A stretch of 64,000 nt of DNA from Minisyncoccota bacterium (GCA_041659785.1 JBAZXO010000001.1:86941-150940), one strand, 5' to 3'. Positions 17,099-27,275 are shown, numbered from the stretch's first letter. Translations and numbers: made by a program. The notes: generated from the letters alone by a model not told the origin.

Positions 17099-20068
17099 CT
17101 ATTTATTAATTTTCCTTATAACATACTCAAACACTTTTTCTTGAACAAACTTTTTAAGTTCGGGACTTTGATCTAATTTTTGATAAAGATTGAAATGATT
17201 ATCCAATACTCCAACAAGCTCATCTTGAAATAATTGATCAAATTTTAATTTTGCTGAATCTTTACTATTATTTCTAACTGATCCTTGAAGAATTTCACTT
17301 TTAATAAGACGCAGGCTTAAATCATTCAAAATAACTTTATCAGAATCAGTAAAGTTCGTTCCATACCTTTCGTTAATTTCTTTTATTATTTTCGAAAGAA
17401 TGTCGGTTTCTTCTTCAGTTTGCCCTTTTGAACTACCTCCACCCCCCATTGGGTCAATTTCTCCATCCTTATTCTCAAGCAAAACATTTATTTCACCTTT
17501 CTTTTCAATTTTATATGTTTCCATATCAATTGCTTCGAGGACTTCATACGGCAATAAATTTTTTCTTCTTGGTAATTTTCTAATCAAAAATTTTAAGAAT
17601 ATATAGAGTTTCTCAAGTTGAGGGTCTTCAAAGGTAACAATTTGAGAAATGAATGCATACTTTTTTAAGTAATCAAAAGCAGTAGTTTTAAAACCTTCCA
17701 TCTCTTCTTCTGTTAAATTTTCTTCCTTAATTCTTGAGACTACTCCATCAATGATAAAATTAAGCTTATCGGGAGTTGCTCCACCGAAATATTCTTCAGT
17801 AAATCCATTTATCTCAAAATCAGTGAAAAATTTAAAACCACGTACCTCACGCTCAAGGTCATGTAATATATTTGGGTTGGTAGCTTCTGAGAGTATTGTT
17901 GTTGTGTAATAAGGTTGAAAAGATTCTTTTATATCATCAGTTAAATTAACAAAATCAAGTACAAATGTATCATTTTTACCATATGTAGTTCTATTTAAAC
18001 GTGATAGTGTCTGAACTGCATTTACCCCGCCCAGCTTTTTATCGACATACATTACCGAAAGCAATGGTTGATCAAAACCTGTTTGGAATTTTTCAGCAAC
18101 AATCAAGAATTTATATTCATCCTTTTTGAACTCTTCCGCTGTTTTACTTTCTGAAATACCATTCATCTGACCCTCGGTGTATTCTAATTTTGTATCTACA
18201 TCTTTCACAGTACTAGAAAATGCTACGAGAGCTTTGTGGTGATAACCTTTTTCTTTTAGATATTTGTCAAAGGCGATTTTATAACGAACTGCATGCAAGC
18301 GAGATTTAGTGACCACCATCGCTTTTGCCCTACCGCCTATAAGTGATACAATCTTTTCTTCAAAATGTTCAGCCATGATAGCAACCTTTTTATCAATTGC
18401 ATGTTCATGTCTTTCTACATAGCCAATCAAAAGTCTCTGCGCCTTTTTCTTATCGAATTCTGGATCATCTTCTACTTTTTTCAAAAGTCCAAAATATGTC
18501 TCATAGGTCGTGTAATTTTTTAACACATCAAGAATAAACTTTTCTTCGATAGCTTGTTTCATTGAATACAATGAAAAAGGAACAAACTTACCAGTTAAAG
18601 GATCTTCATTTCCAAAAAGCTCAAGCGTTTTTTGTTTTGGGGTTGCAGTGAAAGCAAAGAAGCTTAAATTTGGCGATGCAACCTTTCTTGCCTTCATTCG
18701 CTCAACAATCTGATCTTCTATTGTTTTAAAAGCCTTCTCTTCTTTTTCTTCTTCCACTTGTGCTTCATCTAAAGTCAGCACTTGTCTCAAGTCAGCTGCT
18801 GATTCACCAGACTGTGATGAATGAGCCTCATCGATAATTACCGCAAATTTTTTACCCTCTGTTTGTTCTATCGTCTCTACAATTACAGGAAATTTTTGTA
18901 GAGTACTTGTAATAATCTTTACCCCAGATTTTAATGATTCACTAAGTTCCGCTGATGACTCAACGTGCTTAACTAGACCAGTTATTTGACTGAAGCTTTT
19001 AACCGTATCAGACAATTGCCTATCGAGCACGCGACGATCAGTAACTACAATAACTCCATCAAATACATTTTTATTAGAATTATCATGTAATTCAGCCAAA
19101 CGATGCGCTATCCAAGCGATAGTATTACTTTTTCCAGACCCAGCACTATGCTGAATAAGATAATTTTTTCCTGAACCATTAACCTTTGCATCTACAACGA
19201 CTTTCCTTACAGTATCAAGCTGATGATACCTAGGAAATATGATTTTCTCTTCCTTATATTTTTTTGTATTTTTATCTTCTCTTTCTTCAGTAACTTCTTG
19301 TATAAAATTACCAAGTAAATCAAAAACACTATCTTTAGATAAAATATCTTCCCATAAATAGTGAGTCTTGTATTTCCCTTCTGGCGCATCGGGATTACCA
19401 GACGAGCCTTTATTCCCTTTATTAAATGGTAAAAAGTACGTGGTAAGCCCTGTAAGGCGTGTAGCCATATAAGCTTGCTCAGTATCTACTGCAAAATGAG
19501 TTAAACACCTCTTAAATGACAATAATTTTTCCTTTTGATCACGATCTGTCCTGTATTGGGAAATAGCATTAATAACATTTTGCCCAGTAAATTGATTTTT
19601 AAGTTCCATAGTAAATACAGGCAAGCCATTCACAAAAATAACCATATCAATAGAATTTTCATTTTTCTCACTGTATTTAACTTGTCGCGTTACACTCAAA
19701 ATATTTCCTACATAATCAGCTAATGTTTCAGGGTTTTTATCATTCTCCGGCCTCGAGTACGCCAAATGAATATTTACTCCACGATCTTTAACTCCTTCGC
19801 GAATAACACTCAAGAGCCCGCGAGTAGAAATTTCTTCATCAAGCCTGAGAAGAAATTTCTGCTCCGCTTCCTCCCCATATTGCTCAATAATTTTATCCCA
19901 ACTTTCCTTTTGAGTATTTTTTATAAATTCCAAAACAAGCTCCGTATCCATACAAAGTTTTTTATCATAAGAAGAGTTCTGCCGTTTTCTATATCCTTGT
20001 GCCCCCACTAATTCCCCCTCAATAAATTCCTCAAATCCTGATTCTTTTGTGTTTGTTTTTTGTGTCAT
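17099..20068 (-). CDS. hsdR: Type I restriction enzyme R subunit
   Basis: 989 aa with an HsdR N-terminal domain, IQHSAGSGKSNTIAWIAHR Walker A and IIDEAHSSQSG DEAH box. Confidence 0.9.
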   Translation of the reverse strand: MTQKTNTKESGFEEFIEGELVGAQGYRKRQNSSYDKKLCMDTELVLEFIKNTQKESWDKIIEQYGEEAEQKFLLRLDEEISTRGLLSVIREGVKDRGVNIHLAYSRPENDKNPETLADYVGNILSVTRQVKYSEKNENSIDMVIFVNGLPVFTMELKNQFTGQNVINAISQYRTDRDQKEKLLSFKRCLTHFAVDTEQAYMATRLTGLTTYFLPFNKGNKGSSGNPDAPEGKYKTHYLWEDILSKDSVFDLLGNFIQEVTEEREDKNTKKYKEEKIIFPRYHQLDTVRKVVVDAKVNGSGKNYLIQHSAGSGKSNTIAWIAHRLAELHDNSNKNVFDGVIVVTDRRVLDRQLSDTVKSFSQITGLVKHVESSAELSESLKSGVKIITSTLQKFPVIVETIEQTEGKKFAVIIDEAHSSQSGESAADLRQVLTLDEAQVEEEKEEKAFKTIEDQIVERMKARKVASPNLSFFAFTATPKQKTLELFGNEDPLTGKFVPFSLYSMKQAIEEKFILDVLKNYTTYETYFGLLKKVEDDPEFDKKKAQRLLIGYVERHEHAIDKKVAIMAEHFEEKIVSLIGGRAKAMVVTKSRLHAVRYKIAFDKYLKEKGYHHKALVAFSSTVKDVDTKLEYTEGQMNGISESKTAEEFKKDEYKFLIVAEKFQTGFDQPLLSVMYVDKKLGGVNAVQTLSRLNRTTYGKNDTFVLDFVNLTDDIKESFQPYYTTTILSEATNPNILHDLEREVRGFKFFTDFEINGFTEEYFGGATPDKLNFIIDGVVSRIKEENLTEEEMEGFKTTAFDYLKKYAFISQIVTFEDPQLEKLYIFLKFLIRKLPRRKNLLPYEVLEAIDMETYKIEKKGEINVLLENKDGEIDPMGGGGSSKGQTEEETDILSKIIKEINERYGTNFTDSDKVILNDLSLRLIKSEILQGSVRNNSKDSAKLKFDQLFQDELVGVLDNHFNLYQKLDQSPELKKFVQEKVFEYVIRKINK

Positions 20069-20093
20069 ATTATTTTTATCTATTATAAAGATA

Positions 20094-20513
20094 TCATCTT
20101 ATGATAATTTTATCACTAAATTCTCCTTTTAATGCTTCTTTTAAATCACCGTCAGCTGTCACAACTTCAATATATCCATCATCAAATAAAGTTCTCTGAG
20201 TTTGAAGAATTGTCGCGATAGATGCCATAATTGAGATATCTCCTAACCCTTTTAATCCATAAAATGAAACAATATTATTATATTTATTTAAAAAAGTCTT
20301 GTAGTTTTCTAAATATTTTACTTCATCAAAGGAATCTTTTTGAATATCAATAAATTTTATTCTTTGAATTTTGTTTCTATAATTTGGAGATAATGATTTA
20401 AGAATTTCTATTTCATCTTTTAATTCTTCTGTAATAAAAAATTCATCAGATGAATCAAATGATCTTTCATCTCTTATAAATTTATTTAAAATATTTGTAT
20501 CTATGATTTTCAT
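20094..20513 (-). CDS. PIN-like domain protein embedded in the R-M operon
   Basis: MKIIDTNIL N-terminus with acidic residues (D5, E~29, D~92, TADGD~121) spaced as in PIN nucleases. There is a 4-nt ATGA overlap with the upstream ORF. Confidence 0.45.
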   Translation of the reverse strand: MKIIDTNILNKFIRDERSFDSSDEFFITEELKDEIEILKSLSPNYRNKIQRIKFIDIQKDSFDEVKYLENYKTFLNKYNNIVSFYGLKGLGDISIMASIATILQTQRTLFDDGYIEVVTADGDLKEALKGEFSDKIIIR

Positions 20514-21715
20514 ATTTCTGATCGATATTCAATCCATTTTTCCTTTCTAAATCGGCCAAATATTATCATTTGTGCTTGATTAGGATAAATGGAATTATTC
20601 TTAATGGCTGTATTAACTTTATTAAAAGCAACATCTCCACAAAATTTTTTTACTGAAGTTGATATATGAGGATGTGTAAACCATTTTTTTATATCTTGGA
20701 AAATACTGGGTTCTCTTTCAGGAAGTTTTAATAATTCTTGAAGTTCTTTATCAATTTTTTTCCTAAAACGCAAAATAAATAATATAGCGGTGTAAGATAT
20801 CTTATACTGTTCTTTAAGATTATTGATCAACTCCTTGTTAATATTTTCTGTTTTTATATTATCTGTGACAGATTTTGGTAGTAGAAATTCAGATACAACA
20901 TCATTCATTAACTTAAATTTTTTATCATCCTTTATTTTTTTAATCGAATAACTTTCAATAGAATGTGAGTATTCTTCCATACCAATAACCACCAATAAAT
21001 AAAGTAACGTATATATCTGCCTAAAATGATTTTCGTCTGGATTTATTTCACTTGGTAAAAATACAAAGGGTATTTTTTTATCTTTTACTACAAAGCCACT
21101 GGTATTTCTGTAAAGATCGAAGGTGTTTTTTATTTCAGGCAGAATACCATTTGTTCTTACACCTTGAGAAATATTAATATTCTCTTTACCTTGTATTTTT
21201 TCAATAAGATATTCTTTTGACTTTTCAGCGGAGTCTCTCGTTCTAAAATAATTAAGATCAATATTAAAATAATTTATTATATAATTCACAGCCTCTTGAA
21301 TACTTTTAGATTTTAAAGAACCTGAAAAATCACACATAAAATTATCTGGCAATTGCAACACAACAAACGATTGTATTCTAATTTGTCTATCTATTATTCT
21401 TTTTGACGTTGTGTCACCCCTACCTTTTCTCTTATGTATAGTAAGTAAATCTTTAGGAAATTTGTCCAATCTATTGTCTTCAATGTTTTTTAATTCTTTT
21501 TTTAAATTATTTTCATCCAACAAAAACATTTGCCAAGGTAAATGAATTTTTTCACTTATATCTTTCAGTTCATTGAATGTTATTGATCCTTTTTCAAAAG
21601 CATTTTTGAATACCTCATGTTCAGTAAGTTTTTCTTCAGGATAAAAATTTAATAAAGTTTTAAAAACCTCATCATCTAATTCTACTGCCTTGGTTGTTAC
21701 AGATTTCAAAATCAT
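20510..21715 (-). CDS. hypothetical 401-aa protein embedded between hsdS and hsdR
   Basis: Long ORF with AT-rich codon usage like its neighbours. It has no Walker A, no HExxH and no motif I recognise. Confidence 0.45.
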   Translation of the reverse strand: MILKSVTTKAVELDDEVFKTLLNFYPEEKLTEHEVFKNAFEKGSITFNELKDISEKIHLPWQMFLLDENNLKKELKNIEDNRLDKFPKDLLTIHKRKGRGDTTSKRIIDRQIRIQSFVVLQLPDNFMCDFSGSLKSKSIQEAVNYIINYFNIDLNYFRTRDSAEKSKEYLIEKIQGKENINISQGVRTNGILPEIKNTFDLYRNTSGFVVKDKKIPFVFLPSEINPDENHFRQIYTLLYLLVVIGMEEYSHSIESYSIKKIKDDKKFKLMNDVVSEFLLPKSVTDNIKTENINKELINNLKEQYKISYTAILFILRFRKKIDKELQELLKLPEREPSIFQDIKKWFTHPHISTSVKKFCGDVAFNKVNTAIKNNSIYPNQAQMIIFGRFRKEKWIEYRSEI

Positions 21716-21719
21716 AAAT

Positions 21720-22949
21720 TTATACTTTTACTTTCCCAGTTACAACATTTGAAATAAGAGAAAATTTATATTCTTCCAAAAGTTTAATTGATGTTTTAAT
21801 ATTTTTCCTCACTAAGTTCATTTTTATTAATAATGATTCTATTTTTTCTTCAATATCCTTTGACGGAACTCTTATTTTTTCTAATAATAAAATTTTTATA
21901 TTCAATGGCTTATTACGTCCAGCAGAACCTCTTGAGGATTCATTAAGTATATGATCACCAAATTTTGTCATTAGTAGAGCTAATAAGTATTCAGTTTTTA
22001 CAATACCGTCCCTTAATAAATAATACCTATGCGATACAACACACCCACTTTCATCTTCACCAGCAAAAGCAACTGCACCTTCCCACGCAAATTGTCCACT
22101 TATAATAAGATCTCTTGAAATTACTTTATAGAAATCTGATTCTTTTATGTCTTTACCCAACTGAAAATCTTTATGAAAAAGTCCTCTGCCTCTATTATAT
22201 AAACCTAGAGCAGTGTATTCAGAATAATCTTCTATATTAATTGGATTTTCGGATAATTTAAATAAATTTTTAATTCTAATAATTTTTCCTTTACCTTTTA
22301 TTTGTTCATTCATAGCAATTGAAACAATCTCCTCTTTTAAGAGTTCGATCTGCTTTTCTTTTTTCTCAATAATTTCCTCAATCATTATTGTTTTATCGTC
22401 AATATAGTCTGCAATTTTTGTTTGCTGTTCTGGTGAAATTATTAAAATTGGGAAATTAACCAGTGTATCATCTTTTAATGTCCAACGATGATCCACAGAA
22501 ACACCGTTACCAAAAGGATGGAATATACCCTCAAAATAATGTTTTTGAAAAAAATAATTATAATATTGTGAGTTTGTCTTTTTATCTTTTTTTCTTAATG
22601 TAGAATAGGCAGGACTAATTATGCCTTCATATTTTGAGGCATCAACAAAACCTCTTACGAGATCCATGGGATTTAAAACTATGTCTCCTTTTATTATTTT
22701 TCGATACCCTTCGTAACTTGCCGCAATTTGTCCTTCATTATTTGAAACATCCCTAGTTTTTATACCACTCAAAGTAAGTGATAATATTTCAGATTCAGAA
22801 TTATTAAAAGATCGTTCTTTCAAGAGATTAAAAACTTCTTTAACTTTTCCAACTTTCCATTCCTTTGGAATTTTCCCCAACCATTCAACCCCAGAATCTT
22901 TATATTCAGAATATTTCTCATATTTTTTTGTAAGGTTTAATGTTTGCAT
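21720..22949 (-). CDS. hsdS: Type I restriction-modification specificity subunit
   Basis: 409 aa with two target-recognition domains separated by conserved repeats. Typical HsdS N-terminus: ...WLGKIPKEWKV.KVKEV. Confidence 0.85.
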   Translation of the reverse strand: MQTLNLTKKYEKYSEYKDSGVEWLGKIPKEWKVGKVKEVFNLLKERSFNNSESEILSLTLSGIKTRDVSNNEGQIAASYEGYRKIIKGDIVLNPMDLVRGFVDASKYEGIISPAYSTLRKKDKKTNSQYYNYFFQKHYFEGIFHPFGNGVSVDHRWTLKDDTLVNFPILIISPEQQTKIADYIDDKTIMIEEIIEKKEKQIELLKEEIVSIAMNEQIKGKGKIIRIKNLFKLSENPINIEDYSEYTALGLYNRGRGLFHKDFQLGKDIKESDFYKVISRDLIISGQFAWEGAVAFAGEDESGCVVSHRYYLLRDGIVKTEYLLALLMTKFGDHILNESSRGSAGRNKPLNIKILLLEKIRVPSKDIEEKIESLLIKMNLVRKNIKTSIKLLEEYKFSLISNVVTGKVKV

Positions 22950-22950
22950 A

Positions 22951-24705
22951 CTATAATTGCTTCAGTAAATCAAGAAGTTCATTCTCTACCTTTTCAATAT
23001 CTTTTTCTATTGCTTCCAAACTTCTTGGCGCTTCGTATTTGTAGAAATAGCGGGTAAATGGAATTTCATAACCTACAATACCAGTTTTTCCATCTTTATG
23101 GTCCACAACAGATTCATTAATCCAAGCATCTGGAACATAAGGTTTTACCTCTTTGTCGAAGTACTCTTTAATATCCATATCATAGGGCACATTTTCATAG
23201 TCTCGTAACGATTTATCTATTTCAATATTGCCTTTTTTATCTTTAGAAATTTTTCCATCAACCATAAGTGGACGTTCTATTTGAATTTGCCTATATGCAA
23301 AATCAGTCGTTTTAAAAATCTTAGAAAATTCATTCTCTTCAAACTTTTCATAAAGTTCTTCTATTCTCTTTTTTGATTCAGCATCAATCTCATGACGCTT
23401 GCTGCCAAGACTCTTACGAGTCTTTTTGAAAAATGTACGTGCATCTATGAGCTGAACTTTACCCTTCTTTTCTTTTGGTTTTCTATTGGTTACAAACCAT
23501 AAATATGTATTTATGCCAGTGTTATAGAAAAGTTGATCAGGTAGTGCCACGATTGTTTCCAATAGATCTTTTTCTAATATCCATCTTCGTATTTCACTTT
23601 CTCCGCTTCCTGCATCTCCAGTAAATAGTGGTGAACCATTGTGAACTATAGCAATACGCGACCCGCCATCTTTTTCAGGCTTCATTTTAGAAATGAGATG
23701 TTGTAAAAATAAAAGCTGACCGTCGGAAATACGAGGAGTACCAGCACCAAAACGTCCAGCATATCCACGAGACGCTTCACGTTCTACGACATCTTTATCT
23801 TTTTTCCAATCAACTCCATAAGGAGGATTTGAGATCCCGTAATCAAAAACTTCACCAAAAAATTGATCATTGGATAAAGTGCTAGCCTTAGAATGATCTT
23901 TTTCTCCGCCACGAATAAGATCTGGGTTGTCTCCCTTTATCAACATATCAGACTTTGCCACAGCATAAGTGACTGAATTTAATTCTTGACCATATAAAAA
24001 TATATCTGCATCTGGATTGATGTTTCCTAAAATATAATCTTTAGCAACTGAAAGCATCCCAGACGTGCCGCATGCAGGGTCATATATCTTTTTAATAACA
24101 TGTGGTTTTTTAAGGTCTTTTATGTCAGGAAGAAATAATAACTTTGTCATTACCCCTATGACGTCTCGTGGCGTGTAGTGTTCTCCAGCTGTTTCATTAG
24201 ACATTTCAGAAAACTTTCTAAGTAATTCTTCAAAAATTTGTCCCATTTGGTGGTTATCTACTTTTGATGGGTGTAGATCAACTTTATTTATTTCCTGAAT
24301 TACCAAATAAAGAAGATTACCACCTTCAAGACGTTCAAGCTGTTTACTGAAATCAAATTTCTCAAAGATATCTTGAACATTCTTACTATATCCATTTAAA
24401 TATTGTTTGAAATTTTTTGCTAAATGCTTTGGTTCTCCGAGTAAATTTCTAAAATCATATTCTGAGATATTATAAAAGGCCGCCCCAGATGTTCTCTTGA
24501 GAATAGGATCAAGATCGTTTATTTTTCCCTTATATTCATTATATTTTACAAGAACTTTCTCTTTACTGTCTGCAAGGATAGAATCAAGGCGTTTTAAAAC
24601 CAATAAGGGTAGTATTACATCTTGGTATTCATGTTGTTTCCAGCCACCACGCAAGATGTCCGCTATACTCCAGATCGTCGATGCTTTTTGATTAAAATTT
24701 TCCAT
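22951..24705 (-). CDS. hsdM: Type I restriction-modification DNA methyltransferase (N6-adenine)
   Basis: HsdM_N domain, SAM-binding DPACGTSGML and catalytic NPPYG. Confidence 0.9.
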   Translation of the reverse strand: MENFNQKASTIWSIADILRGGWKQHEYQDVILPLLVLKRLDSILADSKEKVLVKYNEYKGKINDLDPILKRTSGAAFYNISEYDFRNLLGEPKHLAKNFKQYLNGYSKNVQDIFEKFDFSKQLERLEGGNLLYLVIQEINKVDLHPSKVDNHQMGQIFEELLRKFSEMSNETAGEHYTPRDVIGVMTKLLFLPDIKDLKKPHVIKKIYDPACGTSGMLSVAKDYILGNINPDADIFLYGQELNSVTYAVAKSDMLIKGDNPDLIRGGEKDHSKASTLSNDQFFGEVFDYGISNPPYGVDWKKDKDVVEREASRGYAGRFGAGTPRISDGQLLFLQHLISKMKPEKDGGSRIAIVHNGSPLFTGDAGSGESEIRRWILEKDLLETIVALPDQLFYNTGINTYLWFVTNRKPKEKKGKVQLIDARTFFKKTRKSLGSKRHEIDAESKKRIEELYEKFEENEFSKIFKTTDFAYRQIQIERPLMVDGKISKDKKGNIEIDKSLRDYENVPYDMDIKEYFDKEVKPYVPDAWINESVVDHKDGKTGIVGYEIPFTRYFYKYEAPRSLEAIEKDIEKVENELLDLLKQL

Positions 24706-24716
24706 ATTGTTTATTA

Positions 24717-25853
24717 TTATTTAGTAAATAAATGCAAATACTCTTTTAAATAAAAGATCCTATCTTTTCTCCGACCTGTTTTTTCGGTAAATAATCCTAA
24801 TTTTTCAAAATCTTCAGCGATAGCAGATGCTGTAGGAAAAGTAACAGAAAGCATGGACTCAATGTCTCTTATAGTGACAACTGGTTGAGAAAACAGTAAT
24901 CGTAAAAGTTCCTTGCCAAGTTTTTGGCGTTTTACACCCATACCTTTTTCTATAGCAGTCTCATATTTCTTTCGTAGATCTATTATTTTTTCTAATGTTT
25001 CTCGCGCATTCTTTGCAGTTTCAGATACTCCAGTAAGAAAAAAACGAACCCAATGTTCTTTATCGTTTGTCTCACGGACACGTGAAAGAGCATCATAATA
25101 TTCAGTACGATGTTTTTCAAAAAAATCGGAAATATAGAGAGTGGGTTTTTTTATAATACCCAAACTCACCAAATGAAGAGTTATAAGAAGCCTACCAATA
25201 CGTCCATTCCCATCCAAAAATGGATGTATCGTTTCAAATTGATAATGGGAAAGGGCAATTTTTATAATATCAGGTATATTTACATTTTTATTGTGCCAAA
25301 ATTTTTCAAGATCACTAAGTAACTCAGAAATCTCCTCATGATGAGGAGGAATAAAAACAGCATCTTTAAGAGTGGCTCCGCCAATCCAATTTTGGCTTCG
25401 ACGAATTTCTCCTGGTAATTTTGTATACCCGCGTACGCTTGAAAGAAGAACCTTATGTGTATCTTTTACAAGTCTTATTGAAAGAGGAAGTTTTTCAAGC
25501 TCCGCAATAGAAAAATTTATTGCCTTAACATAATTTTGTACTTCTTCCCAATCATCTCTTTTCTCTGGATTAATTTCAAGCTCAGGTAAAAGGGCTTCAT
25601 CAAGCTTTGTATGAGTTCCTTCAATTTTACTTGAAGTGGTAGCTTCTTTTGCAATATGCATTTTTATAAAAAAATCTACGTCAGGTATTAATTTAGAAAA
25701 AGCATTGAGCTCGCCCAAATATCGCATAGAATCAGAAAGAAGTAGATCAATTCTTTTATCTGCCCATTCAAAATTTCTATTTACCAATGAAGGTTTAAAA
25801 CTTTTATAACCATCATTTTGTCTATATGTTCCTGACTTATATTTATCAGCCAT
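24717..25853 (-). CDS. Fic family protein (class II, N-terminal inhibitory motif)
   Basis: [14 protein letters not shown] Fic motif, an upstream SSKIEG matching [ST]xxxE[GN], and a C-terminal winged-helix region. Confidence 0.85.
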   Translation of the reverse strand: MADKYKSGTYRQNDGYKSFKPSLVNRNFEWADKRIDLLLSDSMRYLGELNAFSKLIPDVDFFIKMHIAKEATTSSKIEGTHTKLDEALLPELEINPEKRDDWEEVQNYVKAINFSIAELEKLPLSIRLVKDTHKVLLSSVRGYTKLPGEIRRSQNWIGGATLKDAVFIPPHHEEISELLSDLEKFWHNKNVNIPDIIKIALSHYQFETIHPFLDGNGRIGRLLITLHLVSLGIIKKPTLYISDFFEKHRTEYYDALSRVRETNDKEHWVRFFLTGVSETAKNARETLEKIIDLRKKYETAIEKGMGVKRQKLGKELLRLLFSQPVVTIRDIESMLSVTFPTASAIAEDFEKLGLFTEKTGRRKDRIFYLKEYLHLFTK

Positions 25854-25948
25854 AAAGACAGTATATACCTTTAATATCCAAAAGTCAAATTAAAGATTAA
25901 AGGCTTAACTTTTAATTAGAACCTTTATAATTAAAATCAGTGTTTTAA

Positions 25949-27040
25949 TCATTTATCCACAGAAATTATCTTAACTAGTGCCAGCTCAAGCGGAAGTTCG
26001 GCGATAAAAGTATTATCCATATTTTGATATGCTTCAAGCAACACAGCCAACGTAGAAGAAGTAAATAAATGGCCGTCTTTGCCTGCCCCGTTTGAAGCCG
26101 AAAGCTTTCGTTCGGGGTCTTCCTTTATCAATGCCTTAAGAAATGCTAAATCTTCTTCGCCTAAATCCCCTGCCATATCCTTTTCTAATTTCGGAGCATA
26201 ACGCAAGATTATTGCCATTCGGAATTTCTGGATGATGAGCTTGAAATATAATTTCATATCTAAATTTGATTCTGATGCAATTCGCACAGCAGTGATTCCT
26301 TTTTCTAAATCTTTCTCTGCGATTGCACTTATAAAATCATTTACGAGGGTCGTCTTCGGTGCGCCAGTTATCTTCTCTATATCTTCTCTCTCAATCTTTT
26401 TACTCTTTTTGTCTTTACTGGAGAAATTTAAAACTTTCTGAAGCTCACCTAGGCCGTCACGATATGAACCATCTGCAAGGATAGCGAGGAGCTCGGCTGC
26501 ATCCTTTTCTAAATCATAACCTTCTTCCTTCGCAACGTATAAAATTATATTCTTTAACATGAGCTCGGAAGCCTTTTTGAAAGTGAAAACCTGGCAACGA
26601 GAAACAATAGTCTCAGGGACTTTATGCAGTTCTGTCGTAGCTAAAATAAAGATGACATGCTTTGGTGGCTCTTCGAGAGTCTTCAAGAGTGCACCCCAGG
26701 CGTCCTTGGAGAGCATGTGTACTTCATCTATGATGTAAACTTTGTATTTCGAATCGAATGGCAACACTCGCACGCCGTCGCGAAGTTCTTTTATATCTTC
26801 AATTCCTCTGTTCGAGGCGGCATCTATCTCATAGAGGTCATTTACTGATACACCTATCTCCTTTGCAAAGATACGGGCTACGGTCGTCTTGCCTGTGCCT
26901 CTACTACCTACGAAAAGGTATGCATGAGAGACCTTATTTGACTCCACAGAGCTTTCTAATACATCTATGATGTGGTCTTGCCCGAAGACTTGATCCCATT
27001 TCTGTGGCCTGTATTTACGATATAAAGCTAAGTCGTGCAT
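25949..27040 (-). CDS. dnaX: DNA polymerase III subunit gamma/tau (short form)
   Basis: LYRKYRPQ, GSRGTGKTT Walker A, IIDEVHMLS and SRCQVF. The start is placed at MHDLALYRK; the ORF track extends it 15 nt further, to 27055. Confidence 0.85.
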   Translation of the reverse strand: MHDLALYRKYRPQKWDQVFGQDHIIDVLESSVESNKVSHAYLFVGSRGTGKTTVARIFAKEIGVSVNDLYEIDAASNRGIEDIKELRDGVRVLPFDSKYKVYIIDEVHMLSKDAWGALLKTLEEPPKHVIFILATTELHKVPETIVSRCQVFTFKKASELMLKNIILYVAKEEGYDLEKDAAELLAILADGSYRDGLGELQKVLNFSSKDKKSKKIEREDIEKITGAPKTTLVNDFISAIAEKDLEKGITAVRIASESNLDMKLYFKLIIQKFRMAIILRYAPKLEKDMAGDLGEEDLAFLKALIKEDPERKLSASNGAGKDGHLFTSSTLAVLLEAYQNMDNTFIAELPLELALVKIISVDK

Positions 27041-27085
27041 CCGATAATTGTACATAAAAAAAACAAAACTAGCAAAATTTTATAA

Positions 27086-27126
27086 GGTCCTCGGTTTCCT
27101 GGGTCCCTATCCCAGCCAGACCATTC
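27086..27126. repeat. copy 1 of a 41-nt GC-rich core element (GGTCCTCGGTTTCCTGGGTCCCTATCCCAGCCAGACCATTC) nested in a 21-bp AT-rich stem (27061-27082 / 27127-27147)
   Basis: 38/41 identical to the reverse complement of 61426-61466. The flanking stems differ between copies, but each is self-complementary. Confidence 0.5.
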
Positions 27127-27275
27127 TAAAATTTTCTAGTTTTGTTTTTTTACTATTTTTGAAATAGTGCTTTTCGCAGGGGTTTTGCGAGTGACGACGA
27201 GCGAACTTCAGGATTTTTTAAGCTTCAAAAAATCCGTACCGAAGAAAAGTAGTTATTTCAAAAATTTAACGAGTT

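Noticed and set aside
27056-27275. Possible SRP (4.5S/ffs) RNA gene upstream of dnaX, a common location for it
   Set aside because: On neither strand could I find the domain IV signature (GGUCC-GNRA-GGA AGCAGCC asymmetric or symmetric loops). The conserved core here does not match, and a second copy exists next to prfA. I therefore report it as an unknown repeat rather than as ffs.
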